DNA of 64,000 bases. It comes from Rubritalea profundi (lineage in GTDB: Bacteria > Verrucomicrobiota > Verrucomicrobiia > Verrucomicrobiales > Akkermansiaceae). Both the position numbers and the translations under genes were made by a program. The notes under the pieces are model-generated. The model was given only the letters and a program-made list of their open reading frames with translations, was not told the DNA's origin and ran no database searches. The stretch is from positions 1,988,733-2,052,732 of the forward strand of contig NZ_MQWA01000001.1 in the NCBI RefSeq assembly GCF_002954445.1, in the 5' to 3' direction. Of the stretch, positions 49,274 to 59,699 are shown piece by piece. The number at the start of each line of letters is the position of its first letter. Positions within the stretch are counted from its first letter, which is position 1.

Positions 49274-50695
49274 ATGGCGGACACAGTTATGGGAAAGACA
49301 CTCTATAAAAAGACATGGGACGCGCACAGCGTTGGAATCTTGGAAGATGGGCGCACGCAGTTGTTTATCGGTTCACACTTGATTCACGAAGTTACCTCAC
49401 CGCAGGCCTTCGGTATGATCCGTGATCTGGGACTAGCAGTGAAATTCCCGCAGCGCACATTTGCGACCGTTGACCACATCGTGCCAACGACGAACCAAGT
49501 TCAGCCATTCGAAGACAATCTCGCTGAGGCGATGATCAATGAGTTGAAGAAGAATGTGGAAGAGTACGGCATCAAGTATTTTTCACTCAATACAGGCATG
49601 CAGGGTATCGTCCACATGGTGGGACCTGAGCAGGGGATCACCCAGCCGGGAACGACGATTGTTTGTGGTGACTCACACACTGCGACTCACGGGGCATTCG
49701 GAGCAATTGCTTTTGGTATCGGAACCACTCAGGTGCGTGACGTGCTAGCGACCCAGACTCTCGCAATGGACGCGCTCAAGGTGCGCCGCATCAACGTGAC
49801 AGGAAATCTCAAGCCAGGGGTGTACGCGAAAGATGTGATCCTTCACATCATCCGTCACCTTGGAGCAAAAGGCGGCATTGGTTTCGCCTACGAATACGGC
49901 GGCGATGTGTTCGATCGCATGACGATGGAAGAGCGCATGACTGTTTGTAACATGTCCATCGAAGGTGGTGCGCGTTGTGGATATGTGAATCCAGATCAGG
50001 CAACATATGACTACCTCAAAGGCCGTCCATACGCTCCGAAAGATACAGATTGGGATGCTGCTGTAGCGCTCTGGGATAGCTTTGCTTCCGATGCAGATGC
50101 TGAGTACGACGATCTAGTCGACTTCGCCGCTGAGGACATCGAGCCAACGGTGACTTGGGGGATTTCTCCAGACCACGGAGTGGGTATTTCCGAGCTCATC
50201 CCAGATCCAGCCAAGGCTAAGACTCCTGAGGAAAAGGTAAGTATTGAAGAAGCTCTCGAGTACATGAAGCTGCCAGCAGGCACACCAGTAAGTGAGATTC
50301 CAATTGATGTTGCATTTCTCGGCTCATGTACTAATGGCCGACTTTCCGACTTCCGCGAAGCCGCAAAAATTCTCAAAGGCCACAAGGTTGCTGACGGCGT
50401 GAAAGCGATCGCAGTTCCTGGTTCTCAGATCACTGCCCACCAATGTGAGCAAGAAGGGATCGATCAGGTTTTCCGCGATGCTGGGTTCGAGTGGCGCCAA
50501 GCTGGTTGTTCCATGTGTCTTGCTATGAATTCAGACAAATTGGTCGGCGACCAAATCTGTGCGAGTTCCTCAAACCGTAACTACAAAGGCCGTCAGGGGT
50601 CACCAACTGGCCGCACGATCCTCATGAGCCCGGCCATGGTGGTAGCAGCTGCGATCAATGGCAAAGTTAGCGACGTGCGCGAGCTTAGTTGCTAG
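49274..50695 (+). CDS. leuC: 3-isopropylmalate dehydratase large subunit
   Basis: 473 aa, collinear with E. coli LeuC ([55 protein letters not shown]). No leuD follows it. Confidence 0.9.
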   Translation: MADTVMGKTLYKKTWDAHSVGILEDGRTQLFIGSHLIHEVTSPQAFGMIRDLGLAVKFPQRTFATVDHIVPTTNQVQPFEDNLAEAMINELKKNVEEYGIKYFSLNTGMQGIVHMVGPEQGITQPGTTIVCGDSHTATHGAFGAIAFGIGTTQVRDVLATQTLAMDALKVRRINVTGNLKPGVYAKDVILHIIRHLGAKGGIGFAYEYGGDVFDRMTMEERMTVCNMSIEGGARCGYVNPDQATYDYLKGRPYAPKDTDWDAAVALWDSFASDADAEYDDLVDFAAEDIEPTVTWGISPDHGVGISELIPDPAKAKTPEEKVSIEEALEYMKLPAGTPVSEIPIDVAFLGSCTNGRLSDFREAAKILKGHKVADGVKAIAVPGSQITAHQCEQEGIDQVFRDAGFEWRQAGCSMCLAMNSDKLVGDQICASSSNRNYKGRQGSPTGRTILMSPAMVVAAAINGKVSDVRELSC

Positions 50696-50879
50696 TTGAC
50701 AGAAACCTCAGATCTAATTCTGAGTGTCAATACATTACAAAAGATTCAGCTTTGACAATAGCTGAATATTTTTTGCTTTGAGGAAGACAAAAAGGGTATA
50801 GTGTGTCCGGTTATCTAGAAGATTGATTACTTTGATTCATGTGAATCTCTATACAATCCACAACAAACAAATACTCCTT

Positions 50880-51866
50880 ATGAACTTTACATACATAATA
50901 GTTGGCGCAGCGGTAGCTGTTAGCTTCGGTGCTGGTTGGATGTTAAGTAATTCTTCCGACGGGCAGCCTCCAACAGTGGAAGCTAAAGCTAGTGAAAACC
51001 CAAAACAGGCTCGACCAAGTAATCTAGGCGGAGCCAGCGCATCAGCAGCCATTTCGGCGGCGAACAGCCCACGGAAGTCCGTGTCTGAGTCGGCTGAGAA
51101 ATCTGAGGAAGCAACTCCCAAGGATGCAGAACGTGGAAAACGACGTGCTGATTTTCGTAAAAAAATGGGCAGCCGTATGATCGATAGGCAGAAAGAGAAA
51201 TTTGAGACCAAGATCGCAAACCTTGTGGAGAAACTAGGCCTAACGCCACAGCAAGAGGAGCAACTCAGAGCGCATTATGCAAAAAAGACAGAGGCATATA
51301 AAGAGCTGATGGCTGGAGGTTTTGAAAACATGCGAAGCTTGGAGGGGATGGAGAAGGTGGCTGCTGTCATGGGGGATGATGACCTCGGAGCTGCTATGGA
51401 AGATATTTTGAGCGATGAGCAACTGGGGGATTATATGGCCCTTAAATCGAGTGAGCGTAAGAATGGTATCGAGACCAAGGCAATGAAATCAATGGCGAGT
51501 ATACAAGGGATTGTGAATCTAGATGATACGCAAAAAGATGCAGTCTACGATATCCTCTATGCCGAGGCCGAGGTGGGCGCTGATAAAAAGTCGCCGATGT
51601 CTTCTATGATGTCTCACTTTGGTGGAGGTATGATGATGTATATCGATACCTCCGTAATTGAGAAGCGTATGATCATTGAGGCTGATGAATCGCTCGATGC
51701 CGATCAAAAAAAGCTAAAGGTCGAAGAAATGCAGAAAGCTAGCCTGGATGCTAAAGTCAGCCGCTTCGATGGGATTCTGACTGAACCTCAGCAAAAACAA
51801 TACCATCAGAGCCTTGAGAGCCAGAGCAAATGGATGCGTGGCTGGGGAGGCAAAAGAGGTCGTTAA
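50880..51866 (+). CDS. Periplasmic LTXXQ-motif (Spy/CpxP-like) repeat protein
   Basis: Signal/TM start MNFTYIIVGAAVAV, then repeated LTPQQEEQL, LSDEQLGDY, LDDTQKDAV, LDADQKKL and LTEPQQKQY motifs. The ORF track opens at a TTG at 50823. Confidence 0.6.
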   Translation: MNFTYIIVGAAVAVSFGAGWMLSNSSDGQPPTVEAKASENPKQARPSNLGGASASAAISAANSPRKSVSESAEKSEEATPKDAERGKRRADFRKKMGSRMIDRQKEKFETKIANLVEKLGLTPQQEEQLRAHYAKKTEAYKELMAGGFENMRSLEGMEKVAAVMGDDDLGAAMEDILSDEQLGDYMALKSSERKNGIETKAMKSMASIQGIVNLDDTQKDAVYDILYAEAEVGADKKSPMSSMMSHFGGGMMMYIDTSVIEKRMIIEADESLDADQKKLKVEEMQKASLDAKVSRFDGILTEPQQKQYHQSLESQSKWMRGWGGKRGR

Positions 51867-51939
51867 GAGTGGCGTTGGGTTTCAGTTTGTTGAGTCTTTT
51901 GGCTAGGAAGCAGAACTGGAAGAGGCGAGTTTTTTGCTA

Positions 51940-52060
51940 GTTGGAACGTGTCGAAAGTCGGAAGGTCAAAGGTCCGGTTAGCAAAGTCTGGTGACTTTGG
52001 TGCCTTCTTATCGCGTCCACGTGATCTCACATCGACTTTCAGACCTTTGACAGCCTGAGG
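51940..52060. repeat. Intergenic palindromic repeat unit, copy B
   Basis: gtgtcgaaagtcggaaggtcaaaggtccgg...gcaaagtctggtgactttg...cgactttcagacctttgacagcc. Its reverse complement matches the blocks of copy A (42395-42535) in permuted order. Confidence 0.4.
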
Positions 52061-52126
52061 GGTGGAAGGCAGTATAGCTCTGGCCTGAAAAAGGCCTTGA
52101 GAACATGAGGAGTGCTCGTACATTGA

Positions 52127-53182
52127 GTGAGACTCATGCAGCTGATCAGAAATTTTACAGAATTGTTTATGGAATCCGCACCTTGGCTGATGCTGGGGTT
52201 GTTTATAGCGGGGATGATGCGATCCTATTTGCCAAGTGACCTTCTGGCTAGGCATTTGGGAAAGCCCGGGTTTACGAGTGTAGTGAAGGCCGCTTTGATT
52301 GGAGCGCCATTGCCTCTGTGTTCCTGCGGAGTTATTCCTGCAGCAGTCGGGCTTCGCCGCAGTGGAGCATCTAAAGCTGCGACGACTTCTTTTTTGATAT
52401 CTACACCAGAAACGGGTGTAGATTCGATTTCTGTTTCCTATGCGATGCTCGGTCCCTTCATGGCGATAGTCCGGCCAATAGCTGCGATTGTGAGTGCTAT
52501 TGCAGCAGGTTTGTTAGTGGGCCGCGACGAGGAAAGTAAGCCAGTCAAGAAGAAAGCATGTTGCTGTAAAAAGGAAGAGCCTGAGGAGGAAGTTTCTTGC
52601 TGTAGTAAAGAGCCTACTCCAAGTGCTGGAGCGGTGCTGGGCAAGTTAAAGAGCGGATTACGTTTCACTTGTGTTGATTTAGTAAAGGATATCACACTTT
52701 GGTTGATGATTGGTCTGGTGTTCGCGGCTTTGGTAAAAACCTATGTCCCCAATGAATTTCTAGCTCAATGGGGTGATGGATTTTTGGCCTTCGTGGTGAT
52801 GGCGGCGATTGGAGTGCCGATGTATATCTGTGCCACTGCGTCCACGCCGATTGCTGCGGGTTTACTTTTCTCCGGGGTCTCACCTGGGGCGGTGTTAGTC
52901 TTTATGTTAGTCGGTCCAGCCACGAACTTGGCAACCATGGGGTTGGTGAAAGTGGAGCTGGGGACACGCGCATTGTTTGCCTATCTCGGCGGGGTGATTG
53001 GTGTTGGATTCGCTTTTGGGTATTTGACGAATTTCATGGCTGAACGGCTGCAGATAGATTTTGCAGCGCAAGTCGAGCACGTGCATGCGATGGGCAATAC
53101 TCCCGTGAATTATGTGCTGAGCGTCTTGTTAGCAGGACTCATGACTTATAGCGTCGTGGCTAGATTTAAGAAAAAATCCTAA
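52127..53182 (+). CDS. COG0701/DUF318-type permease (two-repeat, CSCG-motif; putative metal/metalloid transporter) with a Cys-rich cytoplasmic loop
   Basis: 351 aa. Contains LPLCSCGVIPAAVGL, a central KKKACCCKKEEPEEEVSCCSKEP cluster, and a second repeat with ICATASTPIAAGL. Confidence 0.65.
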   Translation: MRLMQLIRNFTELFMESAPWLMLGLFIAGMMRSYLPSDLLARHLGKPGFTSVVKAALIGAPLPLCSCGVIPAAVGLRRSGASKAATTSFLISTPETGVDSISVSYAMLGPFMAIVRPIAAIVSAIAAGLLVGRDEESKPVKKKACCCKKEEPEEEVSCCSKEPTPSAGAVLGKLKSGLRFTCVDLVKDITLWLMIGLVFAALVKTYVPNEFLAQWGDGFLAFVVMAAIGVPMYICATASTPIAAGLLFSGVSPGAVLVFMLVGPATNLATMGLVKVELGTRALFAYLGGVIGVGFAFGYLTNFMAERLQIDFAAQVEHVHAMGNTPVNYVLSVLLAGLMTYSVVARFKKKS

Positions 53183-53184
53183 GC

Positions 53185-54351
53185 TTACCAATACATGCGG
53201 AGCCCTAAATTCAGGCCCCAGCCGTCATAGGCTCCACCATCGTTGGTCAGGTCTCTCATCTGTGTGTAGGTGACGCCAGACTGACACTTTAGTTTGTGGT
53301 TATAGATGTACCAGTTGAGACCCGCGTAGCCTTCATGGTAGGAGTCACCACGGCCGCTTTCGATTATATTTTCGTAGCGGTTCAATCGCAGGCCATTGGC
53401 ATCTGCGCTTGTCATGTGGGTGTATCGTGTGACGAGTTGGAGCTTATCGTTGAGGTTGTAAAATGGCATGATGGATACTCCCCAAACATCGCTCTGGTCA
53501 TCGTAACCTTGGCCAGCTGAAACCTCGGAGCGAAGCCCCCATAAGTCATTTTCGTAGCGGTGGTTGAGCGAGACGACTTGCTCGAAGGAGCGTGTGCCAT
53601 TGTTCTGGTGTGGCTCGTTGTACACGTAGTCGAGAGTTAGGATGGACTCCTCTCCGCCAGTTTGATCTGTGAGGTCGTAATAGGTGCTTAAAATGCCAAA
53701 ATTCCCAGCGTCAAATTCCGTGAGTTCTTTAGGTACTGCAGATGAAAAGGCTCCGGCGAAGTAGCTCCATTTATTGTGTTTCACCGATGCGCTGATGCCT
53801 GTGAAGTATTCCTTGCTGAACCATAGGTTGTTGGCTAAATTGCTTCGCTCAAGCGTGAGGAGCTTCTTAGAAGATGTCTTGCCGTCGAGAGTGAACCCAG
53901 CGGATTGTTTGCCCAACTTTAAGTTCCACTGTTTGTTCGGTGACCAGCCGAGATAGGCATCGGTGAGTCCCTTGTAGCTCTCCGAGTCGAAGTCGAAATC
54001 CACATTTTCGGCATCAAGGTCAGCTTCCACATGGAGAGTGAAATCTTGGAACCATTGAGATTTGAAGCCTATTCGTAGGCGACGGGCGTCAAAGTCACTG
54101 TAGTCGCCCTGATTGGATTCAAGGTGGGAGTAATCAGCGTGGAAACGGCCGGAGATAGCAAATTTCTGTAGAATAGGATTTCCCTCATTCCCATAGAGAG
54201 TGGCGAGTGACCAAATTTCTTCGAAGGTATCCACTTCTTGAGATATTGTATCTGAGGACAATTCTCCGGCAGTTGCGGAGCCTTGAGTCATTGTCAGTGC
54301 TAGTATAAAGGTGGATGCCAGTCTTTGAACTTGTGATGGTGAAGTCTTCAT
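53185..54351 (-). CDS. Putative outer-membrane beta-barrel porin (phosphate-selective OprO/P-like)
   Basis: 388 aa. Signal peptide, alternating amphipathic beta-strand pattern rich in Y/G/D/N, and a C-terminal ...GLNLGLRMYW aromatic terminus. Confidence 0.5.
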   Translation of the reverse strand: MKTSPSQVQRLASTFILALTMTQGSATAGELSSDTISQEVDTFEEIWSLATLYGNEGNPILQKFAISGRFHADYSHLESNQGDYSDFDARRLRIGFKSQWFQDFTLHVEADLDAENVDFDFDSESYKGLTDAYLGWSPNKQWNLKLGKQSAGFTLDGKTSSKKLLTLERSNLANNLWFSKEYFTGISASVKHNKWSYFAGAFSSAVPKELTEFDAGNFGILSTYYDLTDQTGGEESILTLDYVYNEPHQNNGTRSFEQVVSLNHRYENDLWGLRSEVSAGQGYDDQSDVWGVSIMPFYNLNDKLQLVTRYTHMTSADANGLRLNRYENIIESGRGDSYHEGYAGLNWYIYNHKLKCQSGVTYTQMRDLTNDGGAYDGWGLNLGLRMYW

Positions 54352-54599
54352 AATCGATTTACAGTCTCGTTCTTACAGTGTGATGCCTTTGCGTGAATCA
54401 TTCTCGTGGGGCAAACGAGGAGTGCAATTCAGAAAGGCTAAAAATGAATGATTTCAAGTTTTCAACCAAATGGGATGGCATTTTTGTGGAGGGAATCAGA
54501 GTCTATACCTAGGTCTGATGAACCATCGTTGGCCTAACCAATTAATGTGACACTGTTTATGTTCACAATTTTTTAGAGACGTGCTAGATTTCCTACGAG

Positions 54600-57311
54600 A
54601 TGATCACTATCACTGAACGCGAAAATAATACCCCCGAACGCATACGGTTGGCTGAGGAAGCTTCACTTGAGAAGAACTGGAAACGTTGGGGTCCGTATTT
54701 GGCTGAGCGCCAATGGGGGACAGTGCGTGAAGATTATTCAGAATCTGGCGATGCGTGGAATTATTTCACCCACGATCAAGCGAGAAGCCGGGCGTATCGT
54801 TGGGGTGAGGATGGTCTGTTGGGCTGGTGTGACAGGAAATCTAGGATCAATTTTGCGCCCGTTCTCTGGAATGGTAAGGACCCGATTCTTAAAGAGCGCC
54901 TTTTCGGCGTGAGTGGAACTCAGGGAAACCACGGTGAAGATGTGAAGGAATGTTATTATTATCTAAATAGCACGCCAACGCATTCTTTCACACGAGCTCT
55001 CTACAAGTATCCTATGGCGGAATACCCCTATGCCGATTTAGTGCAAACTAATGAGCATAGAGGGCCAGATGAGGCCGAGTACGGCATTGAGGACACGGGT
55101 GTCTTTGTCAATGGAATGTACTGGGATGTAGAAACTACCGTGGCGAAGGCATCTCCTAGCGACCTTTGTTGGAGACTCAGGGTGACTAACAATAGTTCTG
55201 ATGAGCAGACTATTCACCTGTTGCCTAGTATCTGGATGCGCAATAGCTGGGGCTGGGGCGATGACCATTTCGAATCAGAATGGGATAAGCCGAGTATAAA
55301 GCTAGATGGAGATAGGTTGGTGTTAGAGCATTGTGATATGGGTAAGTTTCATTTCTATGTCGACGAGGTAGAAGAATCTCCGATTGAATGGTTATTTACA
55401 GAAAATGACTCGAATCTTAAGTCGCTATTCGAGCAGGAGAATAAGTCAAAGTACCTCAAAGATGCATTTCACGAATACCTCATCAATGTGAGGAAGGAAG
55501 CGGTGAATCCTGCGATGACTGGAACCAAAGCTGCAGCTTGGGTGAAGGTGAGTGTGGCTGCAGGTGAGACCTTTGAGTTACGTTGTAGATTGATTGCGGA
55601 GGAGAATGATACAGGTCAGCGCTTTGAAGATTTTGATGAGGTGGTGGGATTGCGCGAGGCTGAGGAGTCAGATTTTTATGAATGCATGATGCCACAAGGG
55701 CTTTCCGAAGAGGAGACCCGGGTTGCGATTCAAGGCTATGCTGGCCTGCTGTGGTCTAAGCAATTTTACTATTATATCGTTAAGTATTGGTTGCAGGGGG
55801 ACAACGGTGAATTGAATGCTACAGTTGCTAGACAGGAAGGGCGAAATAAGGATTGGAGACACATGTTTGCGCGTGACGTTCTCTCGATGCCCGATAAGTG
55901 GGAATACCCGTGGTTCGCCTCTTGGGATAGTGCTTTCCACATGGTTGCTTTTGCCCGTCTCGACCCCGATTTTGCGAAGAAGCAACTCTTGCTCTTTTTA
56001 CGTGAGTGGTATCTGCACCCGAATGGCCAGATTCCGGCTTACGAATGGAATTTTTCTGATGTCAATCCACCAGTCCATGCTTGGGCAGTTTGGCAGGTAT
56101 ACCAGAGTCTTGAAAGTAATGGGATTGAGGATCTAGAGTGGCTAGAGAAAGCTGTTCAAAAACTAAGCTTAAACTTCACTTGGTGGGTCAACCGCAAGGA
56201 CGTGAATGGCAACCATTTGTTCTCAGGTGGCTTTCTTGGGCTCGATAATATTGGAGTGTTTGATCGTTCTCAAGAGCTCGGAGATGGCGCCCATATCCTA
56301 CAAGCAGACGCGACAGCATGGATGGGTGGGTTCTGCTCCCAGATGTTAGAAATGTGCCTGAAGTTGGCCGAGACGCGTCCAGCCTATGAGGATATGGCAT
56401 CAAAGTACTTTGAGCACTTTGTGCGTATAGCTAGGGCGATGAACGAAGAATCCGGACGAGGGCTTTGGTGTGAAGACGATGGATTCTACTATGACCATTT
56501 GGTTCTGAAGAATGGCGAAAAAATCCCAATGAAGGTCCGTTCCATGGTTGGCTTACTGACTATGATGGGGGTGGCCGAAATCGACATGAAGAAGGTCGAT
56601 AAAATGCCTGGCTTCAAAAAGCGACTCGATTGGTTTATCGAAAACCGGCCAGATCTAGCTGAGTACACAACCTACTGTGATAAACGGCGCGAAGATAAGG
56701 AGTCACGGCTGCTTATGCTACCGCTGCGAGATCGATTTGATAAAATGTTAGTCCGTATGTTAGATGAAGATGAATTCCTCTCAGAGTACGGGCTGCGCTC
56801 ACTTTCAAAAGATCATAAAGAAAATCCATACAGTATCGTCTGGAAAGGTGAGAAACACGAAGTGAGCTACGTGCCAGGGGAGTCGACTGGCTATATGTTT
56901 GGTGGCAACTCTAACTGGCGTGGGCCAATATGGTTTCCAGTGAACTACATTATCATTGCGTCGCTAAGGAAGTATCAGCACTTCTACGGTGACAACTTCA
57001 CAGTAGAATTCCCAACAGGATCAGGTGTTCAGCTAAGCTTAGGCGATGTGGCGGACAGGATCAACGATCGACTAGTGAGTATGTTCTTACCGAGTGAGGG
57101 GGGCTGCCGCCCAGCTTTGGCTAAACTAGACCATTATTGCAAGGGTCAAGAGTGGGATGAGCTGGTGCTCTTTTATGAGTATTTCAATGGCGATACAGGG
57201 CAGGGACTAGGAGCGAGCCATCAGACTGGCTGGACAGCACTGGTGGTAACCTTGTTGCGTGATCGAGCCAGAAAGCAATTGGCTGAGGCTAATCAAGAAG
57301 AAACAATATAG
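54600..57311 (+). CDS. Glycoside hydrolase, (alpha/alpha)6-barrel GH63-like (mannosylglycerate / glucosylglycerate hydrolase-like)
   Basis: 903 aa. N-terminal KNWKRWGPYLAERQWGTVREDYS...DAWNYF and a central six-hairpin region (GGFLGLDNIGVFDRS, WRGPIWFPVNY) resemble GH63/MGH-type enzymes. The family assignment is tentative. Confidence 0.55.
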   Translation: MITITERENNTPERIRLAEEASLEKNWKRWGPYLAERQWGTVREDYSESGDAWNYFTHDQARSRAYRWGEDGLLGWCDRKSRINFAPVLWNGKDPILKERLFGVSGTQGNHGEDVKECYYYLNSTPTHSFTRALYKYPMAEYPYADLVQTNEHRGPDEAEYGIEDTGVFVNGMYWDVETTVAKASPSDLCWRLRVTNNSSDEQTIHLLPSIWMRNSWGWGDDHFESEWDKPSIKLDGDRLVLEHCDMGKFHFYVDEVEESPIEWLFTENDSNLKSLFEQENKSKYLKDAFHEYLINVRKEAVNPAMTGTKAAAWVKVSVAAGETFELRCRLIAEENDTGQRFEDFDEVVGLREAEESDFYECMMPQGLSEEETRVAIQGYAGLLWSKQFYYYIVKYWLQGDNGELNATVARQEGRNKDWRHMFARDVLSMPDKWEYPWFASWDSAFHMVAFARLDPDFAKKQLLLFLREWYLHPNGQIPAYEWNFSDVNPPVHAWAVWQVYQSLESNGIEDLEWLEKAVQKLSLNFTWWVNRKDVNGNHLFSGGFLGLDNIGVFDRSQELGDGAHILQADATAWMGGFCSQMLEMCLKLAETRPAYEDMASKYFEHFVRIARAMNEESGRGLWCEDDGFYYDHLVLKNGEKIPMKVRSMVGLLTMMGVAEIDMKKVDKMPGFKKRLDWFIENRPDLAEYTTYCDKRREDKESRLLMLPLRDRFDKMLVRMLDEDEFLSEYGLRSLSKDHKENPYSIVWKGEKHEVSYVPGESTGYMFGGNSNWRGPIWFPVNYIIIASLRKYQHFYGDNFTVEFPTGSGVQLSLGDVADRINDRLVSMFLPSEGGCRPALAKLDHYCKGQEWDELVLFYEYFNGDTGQGLGASHQTGWTALVVTLLRDRARKQLAEANQEETI

Positions 57312-57344
57312 GGCTCAAATTCGGCGTTGACTTTGCTGAAGCTG

Positions 57345-57707
57345 TTACGGCTTTATCAGCATTTTGGCTCCGAACACGAGGAGGGTGATACCGAAAATGC
57401 GGGTGAGCGTGCTCGACTGGAGACTCTGCATGAGGTCAGATCCAAACCAAGAAGCTGCTGCTGCTCCGACAGCCGCGCAGAGTACGATCCGCCAATCAAC
57501 GAGGCCGGCACGGGAGTTGTTAGTAGTGGCGACTAATGCTGTGATGATAATGATAGCGAGTGATGTGGCTACCGCTTGTTTGTGCTCCAGACCCAAGAGC
57601 TGAGTGAATGCTGGCACCATGACGATGCCTCCACCAATGCCGCATAGTGCACCAAGAAGTCCAGCGGCGGCTCCAACAGAGAGGCTAATAAGGAGGGTTT
57701 TTATCAT
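57345..57707 (-). CDS. Half-size TSUP (TauE/SafE, DUF81) family membrane protein
   Basis: 120 aa with 4 predicted TM helices. GIGGGIVMVPAF is the signature motif of TauE/SafE repeats. Only one repeat unit is present. Confidence 0.6.
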   Translation of the reverse strand: MIKTLLISLSVGAAAGLLGALCGIGGGIVMVPAFTQLLGLEHKQAVATSLAIIIITALVATTNNSRAGLVDWRIVLCAAVGAAAASWFGSDLMQSLQSSTLTRIFGITLLVFGAKMLIKP

Positions 57708-58823
57708 TTATCTGCGTCTTTGCTGTGCTGTGCTCATGAGTTCTACGACTAAGCGGTGGAGTACCATGCGGTGGTCTAGGCCTGAGCTGACGAGTGAGTG
57801 GTCGGCTTGGAGGCAGGACTCCATGGATTTTTTCAAGGCTGGATATGGAAATGCTTGCGCGTCTTTTGCTGCGAGAAAGAGTGGGTAGGCATTGACCCCT
57901 CCGGCCTTTTTCTGAGGGAGCCAGGCTCGGTCCATTTCTGGAAGGCGGTTGAGTGCGTCTGAGAATGCATTGTAGTTATGCATTGGGAGTTTCATGTTCT
58001 CCCCGGCTGCTCGTGCCATGAAAAGATTGCGGATCGTAGGGATCAAAGATGCTCGGAGGATAGCGATAGCTGACTCACCTCGGTCTAGTTGTTGGTCGAT
58101 CAGCTCAAGCGCTCTTACACCATCTCGGCGTTGAACTGCACGTCCAACCTCGAAGACGAGTCCAGCCCGAGAGAGCGGGACCATCTGGCGGATATCGTCG
58201 AGCTCTACCGTGCGACGGTCTTTACCTAGAAAGAGGTCGAGCTTGTTGATCTCAACTTTGATCTGGCGAGTGTCTTCACCAGCGAGCATGACAAAAAGTT
58301 CCATCGCTTCGCTGGTGAAGTTGAGGTCGAGCTCTCTAGCACGTTTTTGCACCATGACCCCAACTTGTTCCTGCCAGCCATCTTTTGAGGTGTCTAGCTT
58401 GTTGTGCTCTTGGAGTGTGGCGTTATTTTTTACCCACTTATAAAAACTCCTGCGCTTGTCGATTCCTGTGGCAGAAAGGATGAAGGTGCAGTCGTCACCT
58501 ATGCCTGCGCTGAGAGTGTCTTTGATGGCTTCCACTCCTAGCTTAGCGCGTTCGGCCTCGCTGGTTCTATCGGAGCCCATGAAGGTTGCCCGCTTGAGCC
58601 AAACAACTTTACCTCCACCAAAAAATGGCAGGGTTTGGAGCGCTTGAATAGTTTCGTGTGAGATGTCGTGTGCGTGTTCAGCATTGTCAGCATTGCCGTC
58701 AATGATGTCATTGGCGAAGTCATCGCCTACGGCAGGCTTGAGCTTGTTGAAGAGTTTGAGTGCGGCTTCTGCACAGGCGCCGTCGTCTGTGCCGTAGATG
58801 ACGTAAATATTGTTAGCGGGCAT
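57708..58823 (-). CDS. holA: DNA polymerase III subunit delta
   Basis: 371 aa. N-terminus ...IYVIYGTDDGACAEAALKL... and the clamp-loader delta fold pattern. Size and context fit. Confidence 0.75.
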   Translation of the reverse strand: MPANNIYVIYGTDDGACAEAALKLFNKLKPAVGDDFANDIIDGNADNAEHAHDISHETIQALQTLPFFGGGKVVWLKRATFMGSDRTSEAERAKLGVEAIKDTLSAGIGDDCTFILSATGIDKRRSFYKWVKNNATLQEHNKLDTSKDGWQEQVGVMVQKRARELDLNFTSEAMELFVMLAGEDTRQIKVEINKLDLFLGKDRRTVELDDIRQMVPLSRAGLVFEVGRAVQRRDGVRALELIDQQLDRGESAIAILRASLIPTIRNLFMARAAGENMKLPMHNYNAFSDALNRLPEMDRAWLPQKKAGGVNAYPLFLAAKDAQAFPYPALKKSMESCLQADHSLVSSGLDHRMVLHRLVVELMSTAQQRRR

Positions 58824-58825
58824 TA

Positions 58826-59305
58826 TTAGTCGAGGATGTACTCCAGCAAGATGGACTGGAGGCTAGTATAAAAATGGTAGCGAACGATTGCGGCCTTGAG
58901 GGCTGGGTCTTCAAACTCTAGGTTGTCTTGCTCTTCAGCAAGGTCATCGAATCTACTTATCTCAAAGCGTTCTTCTAGTGATAGCCTCGCCTGGTTGATA
59001 GCACCGAACCAAGAGTTAGCGTCTTCAGCCTTGATGAAAAGAGAACCAGTGAGGTCCAGAGCTTTATCTGCAGTACTGATTGAGCGGGAGACGTGAATGA
59101 TCTGGCTACTGAACTGATCCGCTAGTTCTGGGGTGATGAGTTCCGCCCAGTCTTCATCGGCAGCCATGTAGAGAGCTAACTTGTCAGCAAGGGGTTCATC
59201 AGGCATCTGACTTGCGTCAGTGCAGATCATTTCTAAGATCAACCAGTCGGTGGCGTTTTCAGCATCGATCCGCAAGCTGCGGTCAAGTGTGGGTGCAACT
59301 CTCAT
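58826..59305 (-). CDS. Hypothetical acidic protein
   Basis: 159-aa ORF with a 3-nt gap to holA and a 4-nt overlap with clpS, so it is operon-embedded. No signal peptide, so it is not LptE. Confidence 0.4.
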   Translation of the reverse strand: MRVAPTLDRSLRIDAENATDWLILEMICTDASQMPDEPLADKLALYMAADEDWAELITPELADQFSSQIIHVSRSISTADKALDLTGSLFIKAEDANSWFGAINQARLSLEERFEISRFDDLAEEQDNLEFEDPALKAAIVRYHFYTSLQSILLEYILD

Positions 59306-59613
59306 TGGGATTTTTGGATGGTGGCTTTGAGTTGGTGACAGTGCAGTTGTTGCACGTAGAGCTCTGCTTGTTCTTTTTCGCCAGTCCAGACAATGGATTT
59401 ACCCGCATTGTGGACTTCTAACATGAGCTTCTCGGCTTGTGTCTTATTGTAACCAAAAATTCGCTTCAAGATGAGGGTGACGTAGGCCATGAGGTTCACG
59501 GGGTCGTCAAAAATAACAACCGACCAAGGCGTGGTGGTCTGAGTGGTTGTTTTTGTCTGAAAGTCGGTGCTGGGTGATTCCAATCGCATTTGTTGGACAT
59601 GATGCATAGCCAA
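59302..59613 (-). CDS. clpS: ATP-dependent Clp protease adaptor ClpS
   Basis: 103 aa. Core WSVVIFDDPVNLMAYVTLILKRIFGYNKTQAEKLMLEVHNAGKSIV matches ClpS. Confidence 0.8.
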   Translation of the reverse strand: MAMHHVQQMRLESPSTDFQTKTTTQTTTPWSVVIFDDPVNLMAYVTLILKRIFGYNKTQAEKLMLEVHNAGKSIVWTGEKEQAELYVQQLHCHQLKATIQKSQ

Positions 59614-59699
59614 ATGGTTTGCATCAACTAGGAAGTTGAGAGAAATAAAAAGCCACTACTGCGCGGGGCGGTAGTGGCTGTTGAAATCAAGAGTGAGTT

